Virus record (IMG/VR): IMGVR_UViG_3300044295_000306
Direction: 5' to 3' (one strand)
Source: a virus
Lineage: Duplodnaviria; Heunggongvirae; Uroviricota; Caudoviricetes
Length of the DNA stretch: 64,000 nucleotides
Shown here: positions 49,563 to 57,553 of the stretch, piece after piece
Layout of the letters: every line of letters starts with the position of its first letter
Position numbering within the stretch: position 1 is the stretch's first letter
Notes under the pieces: model-generated
Databases searched by the model: none
Seen by the model: the letters and a program-made list of their open reading frames with translations, nothing else
Told to the model about the DNA's origin: nothing
Translations under genes and position numbers: made by a program

Positions 49563-50156
49563 ATGGCTTATTTAATAGACAGAATAAACGAACAATTAGC
49601 TAAAACCGGACTTGAATCGAGAACTAGAAATTCGAGGGAATGGCTTAAGGCACAAGTAAAATCATTGCGTCCAGATAGACGTTTAATGATGAAGGATCGT
49701 GAAAATCTTCGAAGCAAGACAATGATTGGAAGAATGTACTTCTTTTTCTATGATCCTAAAACAAAAGAAACATTACCTTATTATGATCGATTTCCTCTAG
49801 TTTTACCCATTCAACGATATCCAGATGGATTTCTAGGTTTGAATTTGCATTATATTCATCCTAAATATAGAATAATTTTATTAGACAAACTAAGTAGATC
49901 ATTTCTCAATAATGACAAATGGGATGAAACAACACGATTTCGTTGGAATTATCCTATTTTAAGTAGAGCGGCAAAAGCTTTTGAAAAAACACCATGTATA
50001 AAGAGATATTTATTCACACACATTGAATCGCGTTTTCTTGAAATAACCGCTGATAAGTGGGATATTGCAGCATTATTGCCTGTTGAGTATTTCAGAAGTG
50101 AAAATAGACCTGTAACTAAAAACAAAGTATTTACCGACTCAAGAAAGATGTTCTAA
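49563..50156 (+). CDS. gp2: DNA end-protector protein gp2
   Basis: GRMYFFFYDPK.K..LPYYDRFPLV, FLGLNLHY, CIKRYL. Confidence 0.93.
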   Translation: MAYLIDRINEQLAKTGLESRTRNSREWLKAQVKSLRPDRRLMMKDRENLRSKTMIGRMYFFFYDPKTKETLPYYDRFPLVLPIQRYPDGFLGLNLHYIHPKYRIILLDKLSRSFLNNDKWDETTRFRWNYPILSRAAKAFEKTPCIKRYLFTHIESRFLEITADKWDIAALLPVEYFRSENRPVTKNKVFTDSRKMF

Positions 50157-50977
50157 TGCCATTCGCTCCCGGACAATTTATTTCTAATATTAATGCTCAT
50201 GATGGACTTGCACGTCCTAATAGATTTGAAGTAGTTATTCCTATTCCTCAAGGTATTGGTGAGGCAAAAACACCATTTCTAGGACAATTGGTTGACGCGA
50301 TTAGAGATCCAGTAAGTGCAGTAAAGGCTTTCTTTTTTAATAGTCAATCAGATACCGGTAAAGAAGAATTACAGAATAATGTAAAACAAACGGATGTTAC
50401 GAGATGGCTTGCATTTCAATGTGAACAAGCTGAATTACCAGGTAAAAGTATAATGACTATAGATCAAAAGATTTATGGACCTTCATATAAAATACCTTAT
50501 AAACAACAATATAATGATATTTCACTAAATTTCTTAGTTACAAATGAGTTTTTTGAAAGAAAATTATTTGAGATGTGGCTTAATTCAATGGTATCGTGGG
50601 AAACGAACAATGCCAGATTTGCTAAAGGCAAAGATGGTTTTATGACTGACATTACAATAATTCAATATGATGATTCGATCAAAAGAATTTATTCTGTAAA
50701 ACTTCTTGATGCATTTCCTATTGGTATAGCACCAATGCAATTATCTTGGTCACAAGATGGATTTCATACTATGTCTATAAATTTTGCATATACACGATAT
50801 GAAATTCTATACGATTCTGCATATAATCTTGAAGATGCTGCAAGTGCTATATTTGGCGCTGCTGGTGCTAAACTATTTTCAAAAGCAACAAAAGGAATTT
50901 CAAATACAATATCAAATCCAATCAACAAAATAATTGGAAGTTCTGCTGGACAAAAACTTGGAAGATTGATTTTTTAA
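50156..50977 (+). CDS. gp54: Baseplate tail-tube initiator gp54
   Basis: GLARPNRFEV, CEQAELPGK, YGP..KIPY, F..W.NSM, FPI.I..MQLSW; tube-like fold. Confidence 0.8.
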   Translation: MPFAPGQFISNINAHDGLARPNRFEVVIPIPQGIGEAKTPFLGQLVDAIRDPVSAVKAFFFNSQSDTGKEELQNNVKQTDVTRWLAFQCEQAELPGKSIMTIDQKIYGPSYKIPYKQQYNDISLNFLVTNEFFERKLFEMWLNSMVSWETNNARFAKGKDGFMTDITIIQYDDSIKRIYSVKLLDAFPIGIAPMQLSWSQDGFHTMSINFAYTRYEILYDSAYNLEDAASAIFGAAGAKLFSKATKGISNTISNPINKIIGSSAGQKLGRLIF

Positions 50978-50993
50978 TTAATGGAGAAATAAT

Positions 50994-51731
50994 ATGGCTT
51001 TGCCAAAAATTGATGTGCCTATTTATGAACTAAAACTACTATCATCAAAACAAAAGATTAAATTTCGTCCTTTTCTAGTAAAAGAGCAAAAATTATTCTT
51101 AATGAATAATGAGGACGATGATACAAATTCTACAGTAAATGTTATACGACAAGTCTTAAAGAATTGTGTTCTAACTGAAATTGACATAGATAATTTGCCA
51201 GTTTTTGATCTTGAGTATCTTTTTGTAAATCTTCGTGCAAGGTCTGTATCAGAAGTCGTTGAATTAAAATATCGTTGCAATAATACCATAAAGAATGGAG
51301 ATGAAAAAGAAGATTCTGTTTGTGGTACAGTTAATGATATTTCTTTTAATCTTCTAGAAATTAAACCAGCAACATCAACAGATCATGACAATAAGATCAG
51401 TATTACAGATAAAATGGGTATTGTGATGAAATATCCTACTTTTGAAGTTATGCAGAAAGCCCAAGGCAAATCTGAAAATGAAATGATTCTTGATTTAATA
51501 TATTCATCTATAGATTATGTATGGGATGAAGATGAGATTTACTATGCAAAAGATCAATCAAAAGATGAAATTATTGAATTTGTTGATAATCTTCAACAAA
51601 AGACACTTGAAAAAATGCAAAAGTTTTTTGAGACTATGCCAAAAATGAAAAAAGATATTGAATATAAATGTAAAAAATGTGGATATAATGAGAATATTAC
51701 AATACAAGGAATCCAGAATTTTTTCGGATAA
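50994..51731 (+). CDS. gp26: Baseplate hub assembly protein gp26
   Basis: MALPKIDVPIYEL, FRPFLVKEQK, FDLEYLFVNLRARSV.E, CKKC, IQGIQNFF. Confidence 0.92.
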   Translation: MALPKIDVPIYELKLLSSKQKIKFRPFLVKEQKLFLMNNEDDDTNSTVNVIRQVLKNCVLTEIDIDNLPVFDLEYLFVNLRARSVSEVVELKYRCNNTIKNGDEKEDSVCGTVNDISFNLLEIKPATSTDHDNKISITDKMGIVMKYPTFEVMQKAQGKSENEMILDLIYSSIDYVWDEDEIYYAKDQSKDEIIEFVDNLQQKTLEKMQKFFETMPKMKKDIEYKCKKCGYNENITIQGIQNFFG

Positions 51732-51768
51732 GTTTATATTATGATAATTTGCAAAATTATTATAAAAC
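51719..51768 (+). promoter_or_regulatory. Candidate -1 ribosomal frameshift signal (T TTT TTC plus 3' hairpin) joining gp26 to gp51
   Basis: Heptamer at 51719-51725 in the last codons of gp26; -1 frame open to 51925; hairpin 51732-51768. Confidence 0.65.
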
Positions 51769-51925
51769 TAATTTTGCTCTAATGCAGCATCACAAATACA
51801 GTCTTACGGAACTTGAAGAAATGATACCGTGGGAAAGAGAGATATATTTGGGACTTTTAATCAGTTATTTGAAAGAAGAAAAAGAAAGAATAGAACAAAA
51901 AAATGCAATTAGAAAAAGAAGGTAA
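51725..51925 (+). CDS. gp51: gp51-like baseplate hub assembly region in the -1 frame (first ATG at 51782), missed by ORF track
   Basis: RISLYYDNLQNYYKTNFALMQHHKYSLTELEEMIPWEREIYLGLLISYLKEEKERIEQKNAIRKRR*; NYY.TNFALMQHHKYSL...PWER is the gp51 signature of marine/freshwater T4-likes. Confidence 0.85.
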   Translation, partial: RISLYYDNLQNYYKTNFALMQHHKYSLTELEEMIPWEREIYLGLLISYLKEEKERIEQKNAIRKRR

Positions 51926-51927
51926 AA

Positions 51928-53844
51928 ATGGCAAAAGAATCTAGAGCAGCAGAAATATTTCGATCACAATTAAAAAATCAAGGTATTCTCAGTTCTTTTG
52001 CAACAACCGCAAAAGAAAGAACTAAAGAGAAATTAGATCCTCGTAATTGGCTTTTGCCAAAAAGTGGATTCTCTGGTGCTATTTCTGAAAAGATTTTTGG
52101 TAAAGGTTATAAAAGCGGTGGTATGAAAGATAGAACAGGAACTATTTCTGATGGTTCTAGATATCTTGTATCTTCAATGAATGATGTTGGCACAAAATTA
52201 GATGATACAAATACAAATCTAAAAATAATAGCAAAAAAATCATTAGTTCTTCCTTCAATTCATCAAGATACAAATATTATTAGACAAAATGTAAGTAAGA
52301 TAGTTAAGCTCATGGGTGGAACGGCTACTAGAAAAACAGATATGTATTTCTTGAAGTCGAAAGAAAGAGAAGAAGCTTATGAAAATCAATTTAATAAAGA
52401 AAATGCTAAAAAACAAGAACCTACTAAAGAAGAGCCTACTAAAGAAAGTAAAAGCGGCGGCATCTTAGGAAAAATATCTAATGAAATAATTTCATCTATG
52501 ATGAACGGTATAATTAGTTCTATAACATCCTTTTTCAGCCCTGCTAATTTATTGAAACAGTTGGTAACAAAATTCCCATTAGCCATATTGATCGGTTCGA
52601 TAGCTAATGGATTTATTGATGGATTTAAAGAATGGCAGGAAAGTGGTGAATTAGGAAAAGCAGCATTAAAATTTTTAAGCGGACTTACGTTTGGATTTTT
52701 AGATGAAAAGTTTTTTCAAGATAATATTATAACTCCTATTGTTGATTTTATTGAAAATAGTGTTAAAGCTATAAAAGATGTATTTACTGGTAAAAAAGAT
52801 CAAATAAAAGAATTAGAAAATTTAGAAAAAAAACCTGAAGCAGACAGAAGTGAGGCAGATAAAAAAAGAATTGAAGAATTACATAAAAAAAACGTATATA
52901 GAACACCAGGAGAAGCAAGAAAAGCAGCTTTAGAAGCCAACAAAAAAAGATATGGTCCTGAACCCACTGAACCTACTGAAGCTGCTCCAACACCAGCACC
53001 AACTCCTGTTCCAACACCAGCAGCTACAGGCAGTACATCAACACCAGCAGCTACAGCACCAACTAAATTTGCAGAGACAAAAGCTGGCGGTGTTACAGAT
53101 ACTACAAAAGTTCCTTCTAGTATGAACTTTGATTATAATTCATATGCTAATGCTTTAGGAAAAAGAGAAAGTAGTAACAATTATAACGCAGATAATCATC
53201 TAGGATATATTGGAAAATATCAATTAGGATCAATGGCACTTGAAAGTGTAGGGCTAATGAAACCTGGATCTGGGAAAAAAGGTTTTAAATCAACATATGA
53301 TTCTTCAAATTGGAATATTAATGGAGGTTATCAATCATTTTTAAATAATCCAAAAATGCAAGAAGATGCTATGAAAAAATATACTATGATGAATTTAAGT
53401 TCTTTAAAAAGATTAAATGTTATAAATGATAACTCCTCGGAACAAGATATTGCAGGAGCTTTAAGTGCTGCACATTTAAAAGGACCAGGCGGCGCAAAAG
53501 ATTTTATTCTTGGTGGTAAAGAAAGTAAAGATGCTTTTGGTACAAAAATTTCAGAATATTTTGATATAGGTAAAAAATCACAAAAAGAAAGTTCAACAAA
53601 TATAGCACAAGTAGCTTCAGCACCTACAACTGGATCGTCAATTTCTTCAGCATCAACACAAGTAGCAACAGCACAAAGACAAGAAATGGCCGCATCACAA
53701 TCAGCAGCTACACCATCCGTTGTTGCACAACAAAGTACACCAAGACAACAATCACAATCCGGAAAAGATCAATTACTTACAGCAGAAACAGCAAGAAATA
53801 CTTCATTTATGGATTATCTCCAATCAGCTTACATACCAACATAA
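51928..53844 (+). CDS. Tape-measure/gp29-like protein with C-terminal lysozyme-like domain
   Basis: Long helical N-half, PAPT linker, ALGKRESSNNY....GYIGKYQLG motif; follows gp26-gp51. Confidence 0.7.
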   Translation: MAKESRAAEIFRSQLKNQGILSSFATTAKERTKEKLDPRNWLLPKSGFSGAISEKIFGKGYKSGGMKDRTGTISDGSRYLVSSMNDVGTKLDDTNTNLKIIAKKSLVLPSIHQDTNIIRQNVSKIVKLMGGTATRKTDMYFLKSKEREEAYENQFNKENAKKQEPTKEEPTKESKSGGILGKISNEIISSMMNGIISSITSFFSPANLLKQLVTKFPLAILIGSIANGFIDGFKEWQESGELGKAALKFLSGLTFGFLDEKFFQDNIITPIVDFIENSVKAIKDVFTGKKDQIKELENLEKKPEADRSEADKKRIEELHKKNVYRTPGEARKAALEANKKRYGPEPTEPTEAAPTPAPTPVPTPAATGSTSTPAATAPTKFAETKAGGVTDTTKVPSSMNFDYNSYANALGKRESSNNYNADNHLGYIGKYQLGSMALESVGLMKPGSGKKGFKSTYDSSNWNINGGYQSFLNNPKMQEDAMKKYTMMNLSSLKRLNVINDNSSEQDIAGALSAAHLKGPGGAKDFILGGKESKDAFGTKISEYFDIGKKSQKESSTNIAQVASAPTTGSSISSASTQVATAQRQEMAASQSAATPSVVAQQSTPRQQSQSGKDQLLTAETARNTSFMDYLQSAYIPT

Positions 53845-53846
53845 TA

Positions 53847-53876
53847 AAAAAAAGGGAGCTTTCGCTCCCTCTTTTT
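53847..53876. terminator. Bidirectional terminator between convergent tape-measure and gp32 genes
   Basis: A-tract AGGGAGC-TTTC-GCTCCCT then CTTTTT. Confidence 0.9.
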
Positions 53877-54774
53877 AAGCTTGATTAGCTAGATTCTTAA
53901 AGTAATCCATAGCTTCATCATCGGCATCAACATCGGCAGATGATTTCCTTTGTGCAGCCACAAGTTCCTCTACAGTATCATGACTAACAACCTTAGTGTT
54001 TTCTGCAACAGTCTTAGGAGCAATACCATCGCTACCAAGTGCCTTACTCAAACGCTTTTGCAAATCTTCAGGACTCTTAAACTTGCTTGGATCAATCAAT
54101 TCTTGAAGTCCATATTCTTTCTTCCATAGGTCTTCAATCTTTGAATCATCACCATCAAAAAGAGCAGAAGGAGATGCAAACTCAGACTTGTCATAATTAC
54201 GATAACCTTCAACATTCCTGATCTTCATTCTGAAGTTAGCACCTTCCCAGAAATCAAAAGGATTAACAGCCTTTTCATCCTCAAACTCAGGATTCATTTG
54301 ATCAGAAATCTTATCAAAGATTTTCTTACCATATTTGAATAGTTTGATTTGTCCTTCATTTTCTGGATTTGCAGGATCAGAAATAACAAGAATGTTAGAA
54401 ATATAATTCAATCTACGCTTTTGTTTCCTAACAATTTCCTTGTTCGCTTCAATACCAGAATTCCAAAGAACACTGTTATGTTCACAAGCGGGACACTTAC
54501 CAGAAATAGTTGTTAAACAATCTTCAATGTACCAACCACCAGGACCTTGAAAACCGTGAGAGAAAATTCTTACCCAAGGAAGTGCATCTTCACCATCTAC
54601 GGATGCAGCAGGAAGAAATCGAATAATAGCAGTTCCATTACCAGCTTTATCAACTGTCGGCAACCAAAATCTATCGTCATTACGACCAGTCTCATTTGTA
54701 TTGAGAGTTTCGATAGCTTTTGTAAGCTTATCTAAAGAACCGCGGTTACGTTTAAGATTTGCGAATGAATTCAT
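53875..54774 (-). CDS. gp32: Single-stranded DNA-binding protein gp32
   Basis: DDRFW, GNGTAIIRFLP, HGFQGPGGWYIE.CLTT...CP.CE, FDFWEGANF, acidic tail YFKNLA. Confidence 0.97.
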   Translation of the reverse strand: MNSFANLKRNRGSLDKLTKAIETLNTNETGRNDDRFWLPTVDKAGNGTAIIRFLPAASVDGEDALPWVRIFSHGFQGPGGWYIEDCLTTISGKCPACEHNSVLWNSGIEANKEIVRKQKRRLNYISNILVISDPANPENEGQIKLFKYGKKIFDKISDQMNPEFEDEKAVNPFDFWEGANFRMKIRNVEGYRNYDKSEFASPSALFDGDDSKIEDLWKKEYGLQELIDPSKFKSPEDLQKRLSKALGSDGIAPKTVAENTKVVSHDTVEELVAAQRKSSADVDADDEAMDYFKNLANQA

Positions 54775-54840
54775 TTTTATACCTCGTATGTTAATATGTT
54801 AATATATTTGCTTGTCCACAATATCATAATATAAATCTAT

Positions 54841-55437
54841 TTAGCTCAGTTTCAAGCAAGACCTGAGTAAATTTTCATATGTTTGTTTATTATATCCAAT
54901 AAACGGTTCATACTTTAAACATTGTAATCTATATTCTGGCCATCTGATAGTATCAGTTATTCTTTTTGTCCATAAAGGAAAAAACTTCAATATACCATTT
55001 AAAATTATCAATGTTTCCTGACTAACTTCTCTATGTAATGCTTTAACTAAAAGAATCGGATAATCACCTGCTGTCATTAATACATCATTAGGATTATTAT
55101 GATTTTCAAATAAAACACCACAATCATTTTTGAAAGTGTACGTTAGTGATTGTATCACTTTCATTCTATCTCTGTAAAGAGACATTGCATCATCTTCCAA
55201 TAACTTTCCAACCCAGAACTTAGGTCTATTGAGAAAATTAGCAATAAGAAAATATTCATATTCTTTCTTATCGACAAATTTCCGTGAAAGTTTATAGAAA
55301 AAATACTTCTCTTTCTTATTCTCAAAAGCTTCTATTGATGTTTTGGTTTTTCCTTGATATTTGAAATAATCATAGGAATCTTGATTAAAATGAAGTTTGA
55401 GAGAATTAAAAATTGAGTATGCTTCAAAACCTGTCAT
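54841..55437 (-). CDS. gp59: Helicase loader gp59
   Basis: GFEAY..F.SLKLHF...YDYFKY.GK, YFFYKLSRK, ETLIIL, KYEPF. Confidence 0.92.
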   Translation of the reverse strand: MTGFEAYSIFNSLKLHFNQDSYDYFKYQGKTKTSIEAFENKKEKYFFYKLSRKFVDKKEYEYFLIANFLNRPKFWVGKLLEDDAMSLYRDRMKVIQSLTYTFKNDCGVLFENHNNPNDVLMTAGDYPILLVKALHREVSQETLIILNGILKFFPLWTKRITDTIRWPEYRLQCLKYEPFIGYNKQTYENLLRSCLKLS

Positions 55438-55655
55438 AAAGGAAGTTTAGAAGTTTTCGGAAGAAGATTCAATTCTTGAGCATTCAATTTTAATTTAGAC
55501 TTTAAATTATGATTAACTAATGTGGCAGCAACCTCAATTTCCATTCCAGTCTCATTACAATACTCAACTATTGCATCAATATAATTCATTTCATACTTTA
55601 AAGCAATTTCTTCAACTGCCTTAGCAAAGGCTAGCATTTCACTCTTTGTTGGCAT
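55434..55655 (-). CDS. gp33: Late-transcription coactivator gp33 (probable start MPTK at 55655)
   Basis: FA..VE.I......YIDAIVEYC....EIE....L....LK.KL...A..LNLL. Confidence 0.9.
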   Translation of the reverse strand: MPTKSEMLAFAKAVEEIALKYEMNYIDAIVEYCNETGMEIEVAATLVNHNLKSKLKLNAQELNLLPKTSKLPL

Positions 55656-55923
55656 TTCTTGCAATGATTTCATAAATCTTTTCAAATTGTTCATGATTAG
55701 CCACTTCTTCATCAAAAGATTGCTTATGATACACCTTTACAAGCCTATTGACAAGTCGTTTAGGCAAATCTAAATCATCACAAACTTTCTTAACAGCCTC
55801 TTTAATAAAATCTTTCTCACCAGAAATTCGTGTCAATGCACCAGATGCTTCTTTAAGCATATCTTGTAATTGTTTCCGATCCTCTGGATTTGAAAGGGTA
55901 GTATTTACTTGTTGAACACTCAT
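55639..55923 (-). CDS. dsbA: dsDNA-binding protein DsbA
   Basis: L..ML.EAS..L..I..EKD.IKE......LPK......L...YHKQ.F..E pattern; T4 rnh-dsbA-33-59-32 synteny. Confidence 0.85.
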   Translation of the reverse strand: MSVQQVNTTLSNPEDRKQLQDMLKEASGALTRISGEKDFIKEAVKKVCDDLDLPKRLVNRLVKVYHKQSFDEEVANHEQFEKIYEIIARNANKE

Positions 55924-55932
55924 AATATTTCC

Positions 55933-56202
55933 TTATTTTTTAGGCGCAACAACAGCACCAGTAGCAGCCGAAACAACAACACGATTATATTGTTGCGATG
56001 CTGCCATAGCCACACAAATAGAATCATCACTCTCTGCAAATGAACATCTTACAGAAATAGGATCAATACCTTTACTAATAGCATTGTCAATATTTCCAGA
56101 CATTAATCGCCTATCATTAATCTTATAGAATGTAAACCCACTAATGATCGATAAAAGAATAATAGTCACGCAAATTGAAACACAAACTAATAGCTTTTCC
56201 AC
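55933..56202 (-). CDS. Small single-pass membrane protein
   Basis: N-terminal hydrophobic helix then a soluble domain with two Cys. Confidence 0.65.
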   Translation of the reverse strand: MEKLLVCVSICVTIILLSIISGFTFYKINDRRLMSGNIDNAISKGIDPISVRCSFAESDDSICVAMAASQQYNRVVVSAATGAVVAPKK

Positions 56203-56212
56203 TTATAACTCC

Positions 56213-56758
56213 TTATGTCTTAACTTTATGATAAAAAATATGTCTACCTATTTGAACACTCTTTTTTACATTTTTCCAACCAGGACTTACATAATCAGCA
56301 TGATAAAATAAAGCACCGTTTGTTGGATCAATCATCTTTTCATGATTAACATAAAAATAGATGGCTAATTGCATAACATCATTATAAACGATGTTCCGAC
56401 CTTCTGTCAAGACTTTTGAATTAGAAATTGAATATGGTTTATCTTCACACCACCAAGAAAATTGACATACACCATTTATCTTTTGCTTAACAACACCACA
56501 AATATCATTTTCAAAAATACCAGAATTTACTCTATTCATTGTGACATAAGCAACAGCAATTTGTCCTTCACGAGGTTCAGTTGCAGATTCAAAATAGATA
56601 TTATCAGCTAAACACAAAACTTCCTTTTGTGCCTGTGTCGATAATCGATTATATGCTACCTTAAAAGGATAAGTAACAAAAAAATCTGATAACGAATAAA
56701 AACTGTATAGTATAGTTAAAGATAAAACAATACTCAAGAGAATCAACTTTTTGTACAA
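56213..56758 (-). CDS. Cell-wall hydrolase (SleB/Hydrolase_2 family) with N-terminal membrane anchor
   Basis: CLADNIYFES..EP..GQIAVA.VTMNRV, CQFSW, GALFYHADYV.P.W, IGRHIFY. Confidence 0.9.
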   Translation of the reverse strand: MYKKLILLSIVLSLTILYSFYSLSDFFVTYPFKVAYNRLSTQAQKEVLCLADNIYFESATEPREGQIAVAYVTMNRVNSGIFENDICGVVKQKINGVCQFSWWCEDKPYSISNSKVLTEGRNIVYNDVMQLAIYFYVNHEKMIDPTNGALFYHADYVSPGWKNVKKSVQIGRHIFYHKVKT

Positions 56759-56776
56759 TTGTATCTCCGATTATTA

Positions 56777-56815
56777 AAAAATGGAAGAGAGGTGTTTTGA
56801 TAACAAGGAACACCT
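56777..56815 (-). terminator. Terminal hairpin/terminator of the tmRNA coding piece
   Basis: GAGGTGTT-loop-AACACCTC followed by TCTTCCATTTTT on the minus strand. Confidence 0.65.
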
Positions 56816-57090
56816 CAGAATCCCCGTGAGTTACATTAAGCGGCTAGCTTAAGTTCCTCAAAATAAACGTCGTTTGCGTTTATAAGTTTTGCTAGAATTA
56901 CGTTCTTCGCCTATCGTGCTGTCCGATCCGCTACTCTTTACCCTGTCGAAACCTTGTCGCCCCCATCAGATACATACTCCGTTGCCGCTTGGCACCGAGA
57001 AGATTGACCAGAATATGTATCTGGTGGAAGCGGCGGGAATCGAACCCGCGTCCAGAATACTTTTTACTTCACTTCATACAGCAATATCTA
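56777..57090 (-). ncRNA. ssrA: Circularly permuted (two-piece) tmRNA: acceptor piece, intervening segment, coding piece; tag ANDVYFEELKLAA. Outer ends approximate.
   Basis: Minus strand reads ...UAUUCUG GAC GCGGGUUCGAUUCCCGC CGCUUCC ACCA (ends 57022); then a 57-nt spacer with a 13-bp stem; then GGGGGCG ACAAGGUUUCGA CAGGGUA (starts 56964); tag ORF 56877-56836; G3.U70 present. Confidence 0.93.
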
Positions 57091-57097
57091 CTATTGA

Positions 57098-57541
57098 TTA
57101 GAAAGAATACTTCAAACCAACAGAAACTTTATTACCATCAAAACTCTGTACCTTGTCCTGACCATATTGACGCATTAGATCAGCGGTAACAGAAACCTTA
57201 TTCATAACTGGATAACTAACTCCAACACCTGCAACTCCAGCATATCCATCTTGTGCTCTCTTATTATCAAGATAAGCAACACCACCCTTTACAGCAACAC
57301 TAGCTTGACCAAACTTAGTAACATCATATGAACCAATAACACTAAACTTCTTCTGATTCATATTCTTAGTGTAATCATCAAAACTCGCAGTTACACCATA
57401 TGCACCAAACTTTTGACCAACACTAATACCATAACTAGAACGATCATGCGTAGAATAATCATGATTATCCTTCACACCAACATCAACAGCAAAAGCACTA
57501 AAACTAACAAGCATCATTAAAATACCAATAACTTTCTTCAT
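57098..57541 (-). CDS. Outer-membrane beta-barrel protein (OmpA-TM/Ail-Lom-like, 8-stranded)
   Basis: Signal peptide MKK..LMMLVSFSAFA, alternating beta-strands, C-terminal VGLKYSF (BAM signal ending in Phe). Confidence 0.85.
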   Translation of the reverse strand: MKKVIGILMMLVSFSAFAVDVGVKDNHDYSTHDRSSYGISVGQKFGAYGVTASFDDYTKNMNQKKFSVIGSYDVTKFGQASVAVKGGVAYLDNKRAQDGYAGVAGVGVSYPVMNKVSVTADLMRQYGQDKVQSFDGNKVSVGLKYSF

Positions 57542-57553
57542 AAAAATCTCCTT

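Noticed and set aside
52960-53065. ACACCAGC-type repeats
   Set aside because: Coding Pro/Thr/Ala linker, no spacer structure.
55656-55715. Longer gp33 start (MMKKW...) from the ORF track
   Set aside because: It overlaps dsbA extensively; the conserved gp33 region begins near MPTK at 55655.
57022-57055. Possible tRNA gene (T-arm plus CCA)
   Set aside because: No D-arm or anticodon arm upstream; its acceptor partner lies downstream at 56964-56958, so it is the acceptor piece of the permuted tmRNA.
56889-57189. ORFs 56889-57101(+) and 56989-57189(-)
   Set aside because: They overlap the tmRNA; WWKRRESNP is the typical antisense translation of a tRNA-like T-arm.
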